Shown piece after piece: positions 12,046 through 23,316 of a stretch of DNA of 64,000 nt. This DNA is from Schmidtea polychroa (Eukaryota). Location of the stretch: the NCBI GenBank assembly GCA_044892525.1, contig CM097885.1:9612001-9676000 (forward strand), read 5' to 3'. The first letter of the stretch is position 1. The number at the start of each line of letters is the position of its first letter. The notes under the pieces are model-generated. The model searched no databases. It was not told where the DNA came from and saw only the letters and a program-made list of their open reading frames with translations. The position numbers and the translations under genes are program-made.

Positions 12046-12524
12046 AGATGTTATTTCGTATTGCTTGGAGCATTTCTGATTCAACTTTCACTCGGAAGCT
12101 TTTATTCATATGGTAAAATATTTGATTGTCAGATTTAATTATTCCCAGTCATATGAAGTGAATATTGAAGAACATATTGTTGATTACATGCAGAATAACA
12201 GCATTTCTGGAAATAAAGTTACTTTATTAAAATCGCCTTATATATTTTCTATTATGGTGTTTGGAATGGGAGCTTCGTTTTCACTTGGCGGATATATTGA
12301 GAATTTGATAGGCTCAACTAGCACAGTTTTGATTGGAGGATGGCTAGTGAGGTGAGGTATTCTGTCCAATGAGCATCATTTGATGGCTGAATTTTAGTAT
12401 CAATATCTGTTTGATGTTTGTAACTCTGAAAACTTATTTTGCAATTGTCGTAATTTCATATGGACTAATTGCAGGCTTTGGAATGGGGATCGCTTACGGA
12501 GTGTCACTAGCTACACCTGTCAAA
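12046..12524 (+). CDS. Host MFS transporter (OFA/OxlT-like), 5' exons with tiny introns; boundaries approximate
   Basis: VLLGAFLIQLSLGSFYSYG; GMGASFSLGGYIENLIG; SYGLIAGFGMGIAYGVSLATPVK followed by a GT donor at 12525. Confidence 0.8.
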
Positions 12525-14204
12525 GTTAATAGTTTTTATTTTATTACGTTAGATGTCAACGAATAGGGTACATTAAGATAATGAATACGGGGGGTCTATA
12601 AAATAATCAAATAAGTCGAGAAACATTTCACACATGAAACAAACGAAAACAATTAATGGGGGATATAGGTAGTGAATAAAATACAATATTATATGACAAA
12701 GGTGGGCACGCATGATGTCCTCAAAAGCTATAGACAGATTTTCCATGTATTGCAAAGAGACACAACATATTCTCATATTGTTTAAGTACAGTACACATGG
12801 GAGCCACACAGCTCATTTACTGACCCTAATGGCAGCTTATTTGACTTTTCTTTAAATTGGCTTCCTCCATTTTAATTATCTAAAAATTAAACAATTTGAA
12901 AGATAAACAATCACTTTGACCCATATTAGTGAGCACAATAAGGGCTATAAGATTAAAATAGGTATGTCTGATTTTAAAATTTTATTAAAAATTTTTTTGA
13001 TAATTATTGGGAACGAGTGATTTGTGAGGCGTTGTTGATAAAGTCATTGAATCCAAAAATTAATTTGCAGAATGCAGTGAATACTTATATTTTAAAGGTT
13101 TTTAAATAATTTTTTTTCTTGTATAGTGTATGTATTGATTGTTGTGTTAAATTAAATAATTAATAAAATTTTTTAAATTATTAAATTAAATTCTGAAAGT
13201 TTAAATTTTAAAAATAATATATTAATTTAATTATAATTTTTAAAAATAATTAAATGTTTTTATTAAATAAAAAAGTTTTTATATAATTAATAAATTAGTT
13301 TAAAATCCTTAATTTACATAGTTATTATATCCCATCTGATGATGACAGGAAAACTATCGAAATATATCGTGAAAAGAATGTTTGATTGGCGTTATCTTAT
13401 AATAAACAATTTAATTTGCCTCTTAAACTTTTAAATTAAACCCTTTTCTTTAACAGTTTGTCAAGCTTGGGTATTTTGGTTCCTTAATTATTGATTGATG
13501 CCATTAGCGTTTTCGTACCGAAGACCGTAAATTCACGTGAAAATAAATCGTGACAAATATTCGAAGACCATATTTATCCGATTTCATTATATTTAAGCGA
13601 CAAATGCCGGACACTTCCGTTTTAGGTGTTAAATATGTTTATTTGTGTTCATAGGCAAGTTTAAACTTGTCTATTATTTTGTTTTTCATGTATGAATCTG
13701 GTTTTAGTAGTTCTTATTTCATAATCGGCACACGAACGTTTGCATACTTAATAACTATCGAAGTTTATAGAAAACTGTTCGTTTTATAGGCATAGTTAAT
13801 AGGATAATAGCACCACTTAAATGGGGCACCTCGACAATTATCAACTATTCCACATATAAATACATTTACTTAATAGATTTTCGATTAATTTTAAAAATAA
13901 ATGCATTCTCGGAGACCTCATTCATTGTTAATACATAGGTACCCACGTGCATACATACATGTACTGTGTATAGTAAACATTTTATCGACCGTCATTTTTT
14001 TGTACTGGCAGTACTAGTTTTCGAAGTTTCACAGCTTCATTTTACGGTTTTTACAAACGTGTGACAAAGACCTGTCACCTATCGCAAAAAACGTACCCCA
14101 AACATCTCCAGAGTAAGATTATTATGATTTATATTTAAATATTTCAATTCTAAATAATGAATACATCAGTAATATTTTATATAAATTTCTTTTTAGCCCA
14201 TTGT

Positions 14205-14735
14205 AAAATGATAAAAAATAAGATTAAAAGACGTCAGTATTCAGAGGAATTTTTAAATACCCTCCTGTCTACGACGATTGGTTGCCCTTTTGTCTTTTAT
14301 GTAAAAAAATTCTTTATCAATGAAACAATGAAACAACTTCGTCTTGAGTCGCATTTCAAGACGAAGCATAGTGATCATATTAATTCAGATATGAGTCACT
14401 TTCAAAGAAAAAATTTGATAAACGATTAACATTATCAACTTTGCTTGCTTTTCAAACTGCAAGTGTCATTCATACTCTTGAGGCTACTTACCAAATTTCA
14501 ATACTCATCGCTAAATGTGGAAAAATCATACTATAGGAGAAAATCTAATCAAGCCATCAGTATCAGCATTTTTTTAAATGTTTTTACAACAAGATGACAA
14601 ACTCATGAAAGCTATGCTACTCAGAAACACTATTGTTTGCAGAAGAATAGACGAATTAAGAGAAAGCATTGAAATACAACCTTTTAAAAAGCTGAAAACA
14701 AAATATTTTAACACATCAAATAGATGAATCAACTT
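14205..14735 (+). pseudogene. Degenerate hAT (Buster/Charlie, ZBED5-like) transposase 5' fragment
   Basis: KRRQYSEEFL, NETMK..L..HFKTKH, HTIGENLIKP, RRIDE and QIDEST across several frames. Confidence 0.8.
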
Positions 14736-15260
14736 TAAGAGAAATTGAAGACATGTTGTTCCAAGTTGACATTAAGACTAAGAAGGTTTTCTTTATTAAC
14801 ATTAGAAAAATGATCCAACACAACTGTCATCGTTTCATCTGTGAAGTCATCATAATATTGGTTCAACCATTTTTTGTTTTTTGTCACTGATTGATCGTAT
14901 ATTGAATTCAAAACATTGGATAATTGTTCAACACTTTTGTTAGCAACCATTTGAATGGTGTTTATCCTTTAAAGAGCTCAATTAAATAGAATGGATTTTC
15001 AAAAAATGTGAAAAGTTTGGCACAACTTCTTAAAAAACACTGGGAATAAAAAAGAAGAACACCAAATAAATACATTCTTTACATTTTATATTTTTTTGCT
15101 GTTTTACATCTTTTTAAGCATTGACTTAATGTGGTTTTTACTTAATTCTAATCGAAAACACTTGTTTACAAATCGGGTGGCAATTAAAATTTTAAATAAA
15201 TAATTAATTTTTATACTAGTTATTCAATAATTTCAATTATTTATTGTGTTTTAAATTTAG

Positions 15261-15373
15261 TATTTTCAAAAGAATAAAGGTTTAATTTTTGGAATTACAG
15301 TTTCTGGATTTGGGATTTCCGCTACAATATTTAATGTTGTTCAAGATAAATTGATGCGGAATGACAAAAACCA
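15261..15373 (+). CDS. Host MFS transporter exon
   Basis: AG|YFQKNKGLIFGITVSGFGISATIFNVVQ|GTAAGT; matches the OFA-type WFPxKKG..GFG motif; phase matches the previous exon. Confidence 0.85.
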
Positions 15374-15398
15374 GTAAGTTATGACGGTGATTAATAAT

Positions 15399-15399
<1 letters not shown>

Positions 15400-15494
<95 letters not shown>
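15400..15494. repeat. (TAA)n microsatellite
   Basis: Directly visible. Confidence 0.95.
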
Positions 15495-15495
<1 letters not shown>

Positions 15496-16199
15496 TTAGG
15501 GATAGGCCCTAGGTCTTAAAATAAACAATTACTTAAAATAGAATAAGGTTAAAAAGAATTACTTAAAATAAAGTTTAGATATATTTAAAATACTAATCTA
15601 TAAAATAATCTATAATTAGTAACAACTAGTGTTACTAACATTATAAATAGTAATTATAAAATTACTATTAATATATTTAGGACGCAAAAAATTTCAGACG
15701 AAGAAAATCGAAATTAAAACTAAACATAGTAGATAAGATAAATCGTGTGACAAATTAAAAAGTTATTAAAGAATCACTATGAGAATTAATAAAATATTTC
15801 GCGAGAAAAACAAATCAGTTTTTAATTAAAGGAGAAGATCTGATCAGAGATTGCAATCAGTATAGTCGATTTAAATTGCAGAGGAAAAAATTCGAACGAT
15901 AGAATTTAGACTACGATTGAAGGGAATAAACTGATTGTTCAGAAGACGATTATTCAACGTAAAATATTTATTGTTTAATTTTGGTTTGAAGGATAAATTA
16001 CTGTTTTTGTGTTAGTTGTTATTGGAAATTAATTAAGCGAGCACTAAGTACTATAAGCCACTTTCGTGTTCCCTGGGAGCCTCAAAATCATCCCTCTTGC
16101 TTAACCATTTCTTTTGTTGACTTTGCGGTCTGGTTTAAAGAAATTTAAAGTATTATAAAATCGAAATCCACAACGTTTAGAAGTAGAGAGAAGTGTGCT

Positions 16200-16910
16200 C
16201 CATGACTCATCGTTTTTTATCATTTTTTTGCACTACCCCCCCGATGACTCAGCGCAAAACAAAGACATATGACTCATCGATGACTCATCCATAGCAACAG
16301 CGGTAACTGGGTCAAGGTTATATGACTCACCCATAGCAACTGGGTCAAGGTCACATGACTCATCCATAGCAACCGCGGTAACTAGGTCAAGGTCATTCTA
16401 TTTTTAGTAACTAGGTCAAGGTCATTCTATTTTTAGTAACAATGTCACGTGACGTCATCGATGACTCATCAAGGTCATTCTATTTTTAGTAACTAGGTCA
16501 TGTGACGGCATCGATGACTCGTCAAGGTCATTCTATTTTTAGTAACAAGGTCATATGACTCATCATTTTTGGAACAAAGCCAACTGACTCATTATTAAAG
16601 TATGTATGACTCATCATTTTTTAAACAAAGATATATTTAATATTTAAATAAATACATTTAAACAAATATTTAAATAAATACATTTAAACAAATATTTAAA
16701 TAAATACATTTAAACAAAAATTTAAATAAATACATTTAAACAAATATTTAAATAAATACATTTAAACAAATATTTAAACAAAGACATTTAATCAAATATT
16801 TAAATACATTTAAACAAAGACATATAGACAAAGACTCATCGATGACTCATACTTTAGATAGGAGGTTTCTTTTTTTTGCATACTTCTCCCCCCCTTGTAT
16901 GACTCATCGA
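16200..16910. promoter_or_regulatory. Subterminal cluster of TGACTCA, TGACGTCA and TCAAGGTCA motifs (mirrored near 32160-32885)
   Basis: 12 TGACTCA counted by eye, plus CACGTGACGTCA and repeated GGTCAAGGTCA. Confidence 0.6.
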
Positions 16911-17045
16911 TGACTTTTTTGAACAAAGACCAATCATTTATTTTTAAATAAAAGACTCATCACACGACTCTAATTTTTAGAAGACTTCTTTTTTGGTAAA
17001 CCAAAATTTATTGTATGTCGCTACAGAATAATAATAATAATAACA

Positions 17046-17120
<75 letters not shown>

Positions 17121-17484
17121 TTAATAATAATAATAATAAAAACATACCCATTTCTTCATAAAAAAGTTTGTTTTCATAAAATTTATTTCATAAATCATAT
17201 AATTTGTTTTCATAAAAACTGGTTTCATAAAAAAAAAATAAAAATTAATCATAAAAAAATTTCATTATAAAAAAATTTAAATCATAAAAAAATAATAATT
17301 ACCTCATTTGAAAAAGATGTACAAAGTATCGATAACATCTAACCAATCAGAATTGGATATTATCGATGCTTTGTTCTCTGAATATGACTCATCGATGAGT
17401 CATTGTTACTAACTGAGTAATTTCTACTCACATAAAGACATGCAATACAAGTGCAATACAAGTGCATGAAATGTCTTTATGTAA

Positions 17485-17541
<57 letters not shown>

Positions 17542-17558
17542 GTAATAATAATAATTAA

Positions 17559-17607
<49 letters not shown>

Positions 17608-17781
17608 CTTAGAAAAATAGTAATCAACAAAATATATTTAAATTACAAATTTACAATTTTACATTGTCATTTTTACAAATGTCTGTTGCATTGATTGTTT
17701 CTTACAATCTTGGCTTCATTGACAACTATTAATAATAAAAAATAATAATTATAATAATAATTATTATTATTACCGAAATGA

Positions 17782-20700
17782 TCAGTAATCTTCTCCGTCA
17801 AAATTGTCGTCATCATCATATATAAAAGTGTCCCCTATCCGATAATGCCCATATGCCAAACTCTTGTTTTTCGATTTCCAATACCGCTTGTCATCTCTAT
17901 TTGTCAGCGCCTTCTTAATGTTTTTTATGCTGTACAATTGATGATTTTTGGATGCAATGCGGAATTGTGGCACAGAGTAAACCTTATTGTTAAAATAACA
18001 ATCACGATAGGAATTGTGATCTAAGCCAGTATCTTTCAACGTGACAGATTTTGCTTTAAGAGTTTCTTTATCACCTAATAAGCTGTAACACTTGGGACGA
18101 AGAAACACCCACTCCTTATATCTCAATCCTTTATTCTCGTCTTTGAATTTTCCAATGACGGAATCTAGTGCTCTACTATATAAAGGATGTTGTGGGTTAT
18201 AATTAGATGTGTCAAGCAAGGAGTCACGAATCATGGCAGGTAAGAGAATGTCAAGACTACAATTTTTAATTTCCAAAAAGAAAGAGTCTGTATCACTAGC
18301 TACTATATTAATTTCACAGTTAAACTCATCGCGATATTTTTGCAATTCATTATACTGCAACTGATACATTCTCAGTTTAGAAAGATCAAGTACAGTTTGC
18401 CCGATGTAGCTGGGCCTATCTAAACATACAGACTCTTTCATAAGCAAAACCGAAATCAAATCATCGTCTATCCTAGTAGATTTCTTAAATGCCGGTTTTG
18501 AGGCATATGTGATAAGTTTTTGTGCGGAAATGCACAGTCGTAAGTTAATACGTTTTTTCAAGTTCTCAACAGTTTTTCCATACAAACTGTTATTGAGCAA
18601 CTTGTAATAGTCTTTATCGAGCGGTGTTATGGATGCGGCTCGTAGTTGTGTGTTGGTATCTATGTATTTCTTGAAGACAGTGCTTTGTGTATACCTAATA
18701 GCCCTATGTACCTTGGTAACAACAACACCTGACTGAAGAAAGATTTGGAGAAGTCGCCAATGTAAAACATAGTGTGTTTTCGGATCGTGTGTAAGTAGCA
18801 ACTTCTCCACTTTAGAAAAAGGTGGGCACATCTTACCAGGAGCTACCGGAAAATCATCTAGTTTGTCATGGATAGATTTCGGTATTTTTAAATCTACTTC
18901 TATAGTATAGCCATAATCAAGTTGATTTAAATCTTCCGTTGTGCACTCAATTAATAATCTCTCTAAAGCAATGTCATCAGTCACCCATTCAAAACCACCG
19001 TCGGGAAGCTTTTGTGATAAAGCCCATCCATACAGGTTGTTGATGTCAATATACAACAACTCTGTATTTTCATCACTACTAACAAAATGTTTATTCACAA
19101 ACGTTATCCCACCTCTAATCCCACCTTCAAAGAAATTATACATTTCCATGTCGGTGAGAAGCTCAATCGGTTTATCAAGACTTAACAAAGCAGAACTCCA
19201 AGAAAGACTGGGGATACCTAGGAAATTCAAAGGCTCAAGCCTATTATGAGCAATACTCTTAGCTCGGAATTGCTGAAAAAAGTCAGCCAACAGAAATACA
19301 TCTAATTTCAAATAGACCATCATATAATCCAAAAGGGAATTACATGATGTCTCTTGCCAGATTAGTTTTGCTTTATTGTATTCATCATCGGATACATCAC
19401 TCCATTTAGGGGGCAATTCTAATGTAGAAATTAATACATCAAGGGAAGTTGCTACATCATAAGGGAAAATCCCTTTACTCTTAATAATAGACCCTCTAAA
19501 CTCAGATTCTGTCAAAGGTAATGTGTTAAGGGTTGAGACAGCATTTTTCAAAGACGAATTTACAAACTGACAAGAATCTATAAATTTCACAGTCAGGGAA
19601 TCAATATGCACAAAAAGAGATAAAAAGTTTTCACTTCTCACCGGTATACAAGAAATATCCCAGGACTTATATTTAGCCAAGCCAAATTTGAGGATATGAT
19701 GGAGATCATACCCTCTCAAATTATGAAAGACTACAGGTAGTGTGTGGTATATTTTCCTGGAAAGATTACAAGTGTTGCAAGCAGCACCAAGGAATTGACC
19801 GGTAAAGTGATCATGATCCCTGACTGGTTTAACTAATAATTTTTTACACAAATGACAGTTTGTGCTGTTATTAAAATTAATTTGGTCATTTTCTGTGAAT
19901 ATCATTTTCTTATTTTTATTTTTATAATAATAGGGAGTTACAATCTTTTTAGCGATATCATTAATTTCTTTTAAAAATTCGTCTATACAAGAAAGGCCTA
20001 TGAATGATTTATAAAATTTTGCGCCTGTATTATTATTTATACATAAAAGTCCAGCCGAAATGGGTAAATGTTTCTGATAATATTTAGAATCTTTAGGAAG
20101 GATTGCCTCAAAATCGGCATAAATAACAAAAGGAGGAGTAATCATTTTACTATAGTCTGTGAATTCTAATAATGGATCTTTTGGTAGTGTGTACATTGTG
20201 GTTCCTAATTGGTTTCGTTCACAAAGACCTTGATGTTTAATAAAACTATCTTCAAATCTGAATCCATTCAGACATCTAGGACACCACTTACAGTAAATAC
20301 GAACAGAACTTATTGATGAATTTCGGCAATTAAGAAAGATGTTTAAATCAGATATAGCGACGTAATGGTAGGTTTTCCGATTCTGTAATAATAACAAATT
20401 TAGACAAGTACCTCCTACTATTTTACTGCGATAAATTATATCTATAAAAGGATGTTTCATGATGGGACCCGAAATTAACCCAGTTTCGTCATAACTTAAA
20501 ACATTAATTGAATAACCTGGGTTTTGTCGTTCAAATTTTGAGATATTTGATAATTTCATTGGCATATCTGCCGGGTTATATATCAGATCTGAAAGGTTAT
20601 AAGAACTAGGCAGATGACGCAATTCATCAGGAGTACTATCATATTTTATAAGAGCCAAAACCGAGTAAAGGAAACAAAATTCGTCATCATTATTTACATT

Positions 20701-21684
20701 TATTATACATTTTTTCCTGATTAATGTTTTCGGGGTTTCAATATATTTACGACCACTCAACCTACTAATCTTTGAATATTTTGTCACAATAAAACTAATG
20801 TATTCTATTTTGTTAATGGTCCAATTACTTCCCTTTTCATTTATTTTACTAATTTTTTCATTTAAAAGAGAGATACCATCATCAATAAATGTGTCGCTCC
20901 ATACACGAGCAGAGTTTGAGATTATGAAAGACTGAAATTCATCATTTTTCTCAAACTCTACTTTAATACAAAATTGAATTTTTACTGATTTCATTTTATT
21001 TACAATTTCTAACAATTTTTCTATGAGAACGTCAGGAACAGAAAGAATTTTACAATTCAAGGAAGATATATCCAACTTAACTATTACATGGGAACTATTC
21101 AGGTCGGAAACTACGTCGACTATACCACTACCTACTTGGGGTACAACATCACTATTTTCAAATTCACTATTTTCACTATTTTCAAATTCACTATTTATAA
21201 CTTCACTATTTATAACTTCACTATTTACAACTTCACTATTTACAACTTCATTACTTACAACATCATCGTCGTCTTCACTAATGACTATTATTTCTTTCAT
21301 CTTTTTTGTGGGAATTTCTGTGGGAATTTCTAAATGTCTTTTATTACCTATTATTCCTATTAATCTATTGACTGTTTCCATTAATTGTCGATTTTGTATC
21401 AACATGGCATTAATCATACTTTTGTTGGTGGTCCTATTATTGATTTTTGTTGATGTTTCCATTAATTGTCGATTTTGTAAGTTTTCGGTGTTCCTATTAT
21501 TAGTTGATGATATATATTTTTGATACGCAATTTTGAAAACTGATTTTTTAGAAGGCATATATTGGGTTAAATGATTACGATGTTTATCATAAAATTCGGT
21601 ATATGTCGATGTTTCAAGAGTTTGGCATGTAGGACACAACAAGTATGTTACACTTTTATATTCATGACCATAATATTTTTCCAT
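17782..21684 (-). CDS. polB: Protein-primed family B DNA polymerase, copy 1
   Basis: YADFE, FHNLRGYD, DINNLYG, YKLLNNSLYGK, SDTDS and PKCYS motifs; endonuclease VII-like RDHDHFTG..AACNTCN. Confidence 0.97.
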   Translation of the reverse strand: MEKYYGHEYKSVTYLLCPTCQTLETSTYTEFYDKHRNHLTQYMPSKKSVFKIAYQKYISSTNNRNTENLQNRQLMETSTKINNRTTNKSMINAMLIQNRQLMETVNRLIGIIGNKRHLEIPTEIPTKKMKEIIVISEDDDDVVSNEVVNSEVVNSEVINSEVINSEFENSENSEFENSDVVPQVGSGIVDVVSDLNSSHVIVKLDISSLNCKILSVPDVLIEKLLEIVNKMKSVKIQFCIKVEFEKNDEFQSFIISNSARVWSDTFIDDGISLLNEKISKINEKGSNWTINKIEYISFIVTKYSKISRLSGRKYIETPKTLIRKKCIINVNNDDEFCFLYSVLALIKYDSTPDELRHLPSSYNLSDLIYNPADMPMKLSNISKFERQNPGYSINVLSYDETGLISGPIMKHPFIDIIYRSKIVGGTCLNLLLLQNRKTYHYVAISDLNIFLNCRNSSISSVRIYCKWCPRCLNGFRFEDSFIKHQGLCERNQLGTTMYTLPKDPLLEFTDYSKMITPPFVIYADFEAILPKDSKYYQKHLPISAGLLCINNNTGAKFYKSFIGLSCIDEFLKEINDIAKKIVTPYYYKNKNKKMIFTENDQINFNNSTNCHLCKKLLVKPVRDHDHFTGQFLGAACNTCNLSRKIYHTLPVVFHNLRGYDLHHILKFGLAKYKSWDISCIPVRSENFLSLFVHIDSLTVKFIDSCQFVNSSLKNAVSTLNTLPLTESEFRGSIIKSKGIFPYDVATSLDVLISTLELPPKWSDVSDDEYNKAKLIWQETSCNSLLDYMMVYLKLDVFLLADFFQQFRAKSIAHNRLEPLNFLGIPSLSWSSALLSLDKPIELLTDMEMYNFFEGGIRGGITFVNKHFVSSDENTELLYIDINNLYGWALSQKLPDGGFEWVTDDIALERLLIECTTEDLNQLDYGYTIEVDLKIPKSIHDKLDDFPVAPGKMCPPFSKVEKLLLTHDPKTHYVLHWRLLQIFLQSGVVVTKVHRAIRYTQSTVFKKYIDTNTQLRAASITPLDKDYYKLLNNSLYGKTVENLKKRINLRLCISAQKLITYASKPAFKKSTRIDDDLISVLLMKESVCLDRPSYIGQTVLDLSKLRMYQLQYNELQKYRDEFNCEINIVASDTDSFFLEIKNCSLDILLPAMIRDSLLDTSNYNPQHPLYSRALDSVIGKFKDENKGLRYKEWVFLRPKCYSLLGDKETLKAKSVTLKDTGLDHNSYRDCYFNNKVYSVPQFRIASKNHQLYSIKNIKKALTNRDDKRYWKSKNKSLAYGHYRIGDTFIYDDDDNFDGEDY

Positions 21685-21887
21685 AATATCGTCACAGTCA
21701 TGATGTGTAGCACTGTTACAAAAGGTTGGATATTTATAACCTATAAAATAAGTAAAATAGTATTATTATCAAAATTATTATTATTTATTATTACTATATA
21801 ATCTGAGTTTATACGACAAAATATTCTGTCCCTCCCTTGCTCATAAGTGTATTATATTTAAATTTATTTTAATTAAATAAAAACATA

Positions 21888-22145
21888 CAGTCTTTTCCAA
21901 ATTATGTTATTGATGATTTACTTGCTATTTTAATTAAAGTTGTTAAAGGTAAATTCCGTATAAGTACATCAAATAAAAAGATTTTGAACAGACACAAGAA
22001 ACCACTATTATCATTAGTAAATACTAAAAATAAAAAACGTATGCGTAAAATCATATATAAACAACAAGGAGGCTTCATTGCAGCCTTGATACCAATAGCA
22101 TTATCTTTATTGGGAGGGGCAGGTTTATTAAAATCATCATCATAA
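21888..22145 (+). pseudogene. 5'-truncated small Polinton virion protein (QxGG site followed by an amphipathic helix)
   Basis: Frame QSFPNYVIDDLL...KQQGGFIAALIPIALSLLGGAG; no ATG at its 5' end; the open frame begins at the inverted-arm boundary. Confidence 0.7.
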
Positions 22146-22148
22146 ACA

Positions 22149-22370
22149 ATGGGTCAATCATTACCAAATCTTAATTTGAATTTTAAATCTTCCTGTTGTA
22201 ATGGAGAAGATTTGGACGAACCCAGAAGACGAAGCCGGTTTCGGTGGAGTGGCAAAATTAAAGAAAAGAGTTCCGAATTCGAAAAAAGAAACCCAGAAGT
22301 GGTTATCAAATCAACTAGCGTACAGTTTGAACAAACCAATGCAGAAAAGATTTCCAACAAGAGCGTATAA
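22149..22370 (+). CDS. Candidate overprinted small lipidated protein
   Basis: MGQSL...KSSCC; ATG 4 nt after the upstream stop; overlaps the integrase in another frame. Confidence 0.4.
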   Translation: MGQSLPNLNLNFKSSCCNGEDLDEPRRRSRFRWSGKIKEKSSEFEKRNPEVVIKSTSVQFEQTNAEKISNKSV

Positions 22371-22588
22371 AACATATGGAATAAATGATTTGTGGCAAAT
22401 GGATTTGATGGAGATGATACCCTATTCAAAAATTAACAAGGGGTATAAATATATTTTAACGTGTATTAATGTATACAGCAGGTTTGCACGAGCAATACCA
22501 GTCAAGTCAAAATCTGCAGATGAAATGTCCAAAGCTATTAATATTTTATTTAAAAATGGACATCCTAACAATTTACAAACGGATTTAG

Positions 22589-22686
<98 letters not shown>

Positions 22687-23316
22687 TTAGGTAAAGAATT
22701 CTACAACAGTAAAGTTAAGCAAATCCTCGATAAACTGAAAATAAATCACTACTCGGTACATTCTCAATACAAAGCTGCTCATGTTGAAAGATTTAACAGA
22801 ACCTTGAGAGATAGATTAAAGAAATTGTTCGTGTATCAAGGTAATAAAAAATGGGTATTGGTTTTACCAAAAATTATAACCAGTTATAATAATTCATCAC
22901 ATCGAGGACTTAATGGATTGAGACCGGTTGATATCACATCAAAAACATTCTATTCTAAAAAATCTGAAAAAATTACAAAACCGAAATATAAAGTTGGTGA
23001 CCATGTTAGAATTAGTAAAATTAGTGCATCACCATTTATTAAAAATTTCGATACAAATTGGAGTGATGAAGTCTTTGTAATTTCGAAAATAAATACTAGC
23101 CAGAACCCTGTGATGTATGTCATCAGAGATTCTGAAAATAACATTGTACATGGGAAATTTTATGAGCAAGAATTACAAGTCATTCCTCCCCCAAAAGTAT
23201 TTAGAATTCAAAAAATATTGAAAACTAAAATGGTGGGTAAGGATAAACAATACTATGTCAAATGGCATGGATATAAAAACCCATCATGGATATCGTCTCG
23301 AGACCTCGTAAAATGA
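22201..23316 (+). CDS. int: Retroviral-like integrase with C-terminal chromodomain; intron 22589-22690
   Basis: LWQMDL, QTDLG|KEF, VERFNRTL, YYVKWHGY..SWI; GT-(ATT)n-AG intron. Confidence 0.95.

Larger units (their letters stand above)
16182..21887. repeat. Left giant inverted arm of the Polinton (includes pPolB)
   Basis: Near-exact reverse complement of 27149-32901. Confidence 0.95.

Noticed and set aside
15494..16175. Solo LTR starting TGTTAGGG as the Polinton's target
   Set aside because: Could not identify a matching end or TSD
17424..17630. Poly-Ile and poly-Leu ORFs (also 26246-26476, 31430-31633, 49507-49737, 63496-63726)
   Set aside because: Translations of (ATT)n/(TAA)n microsatellites
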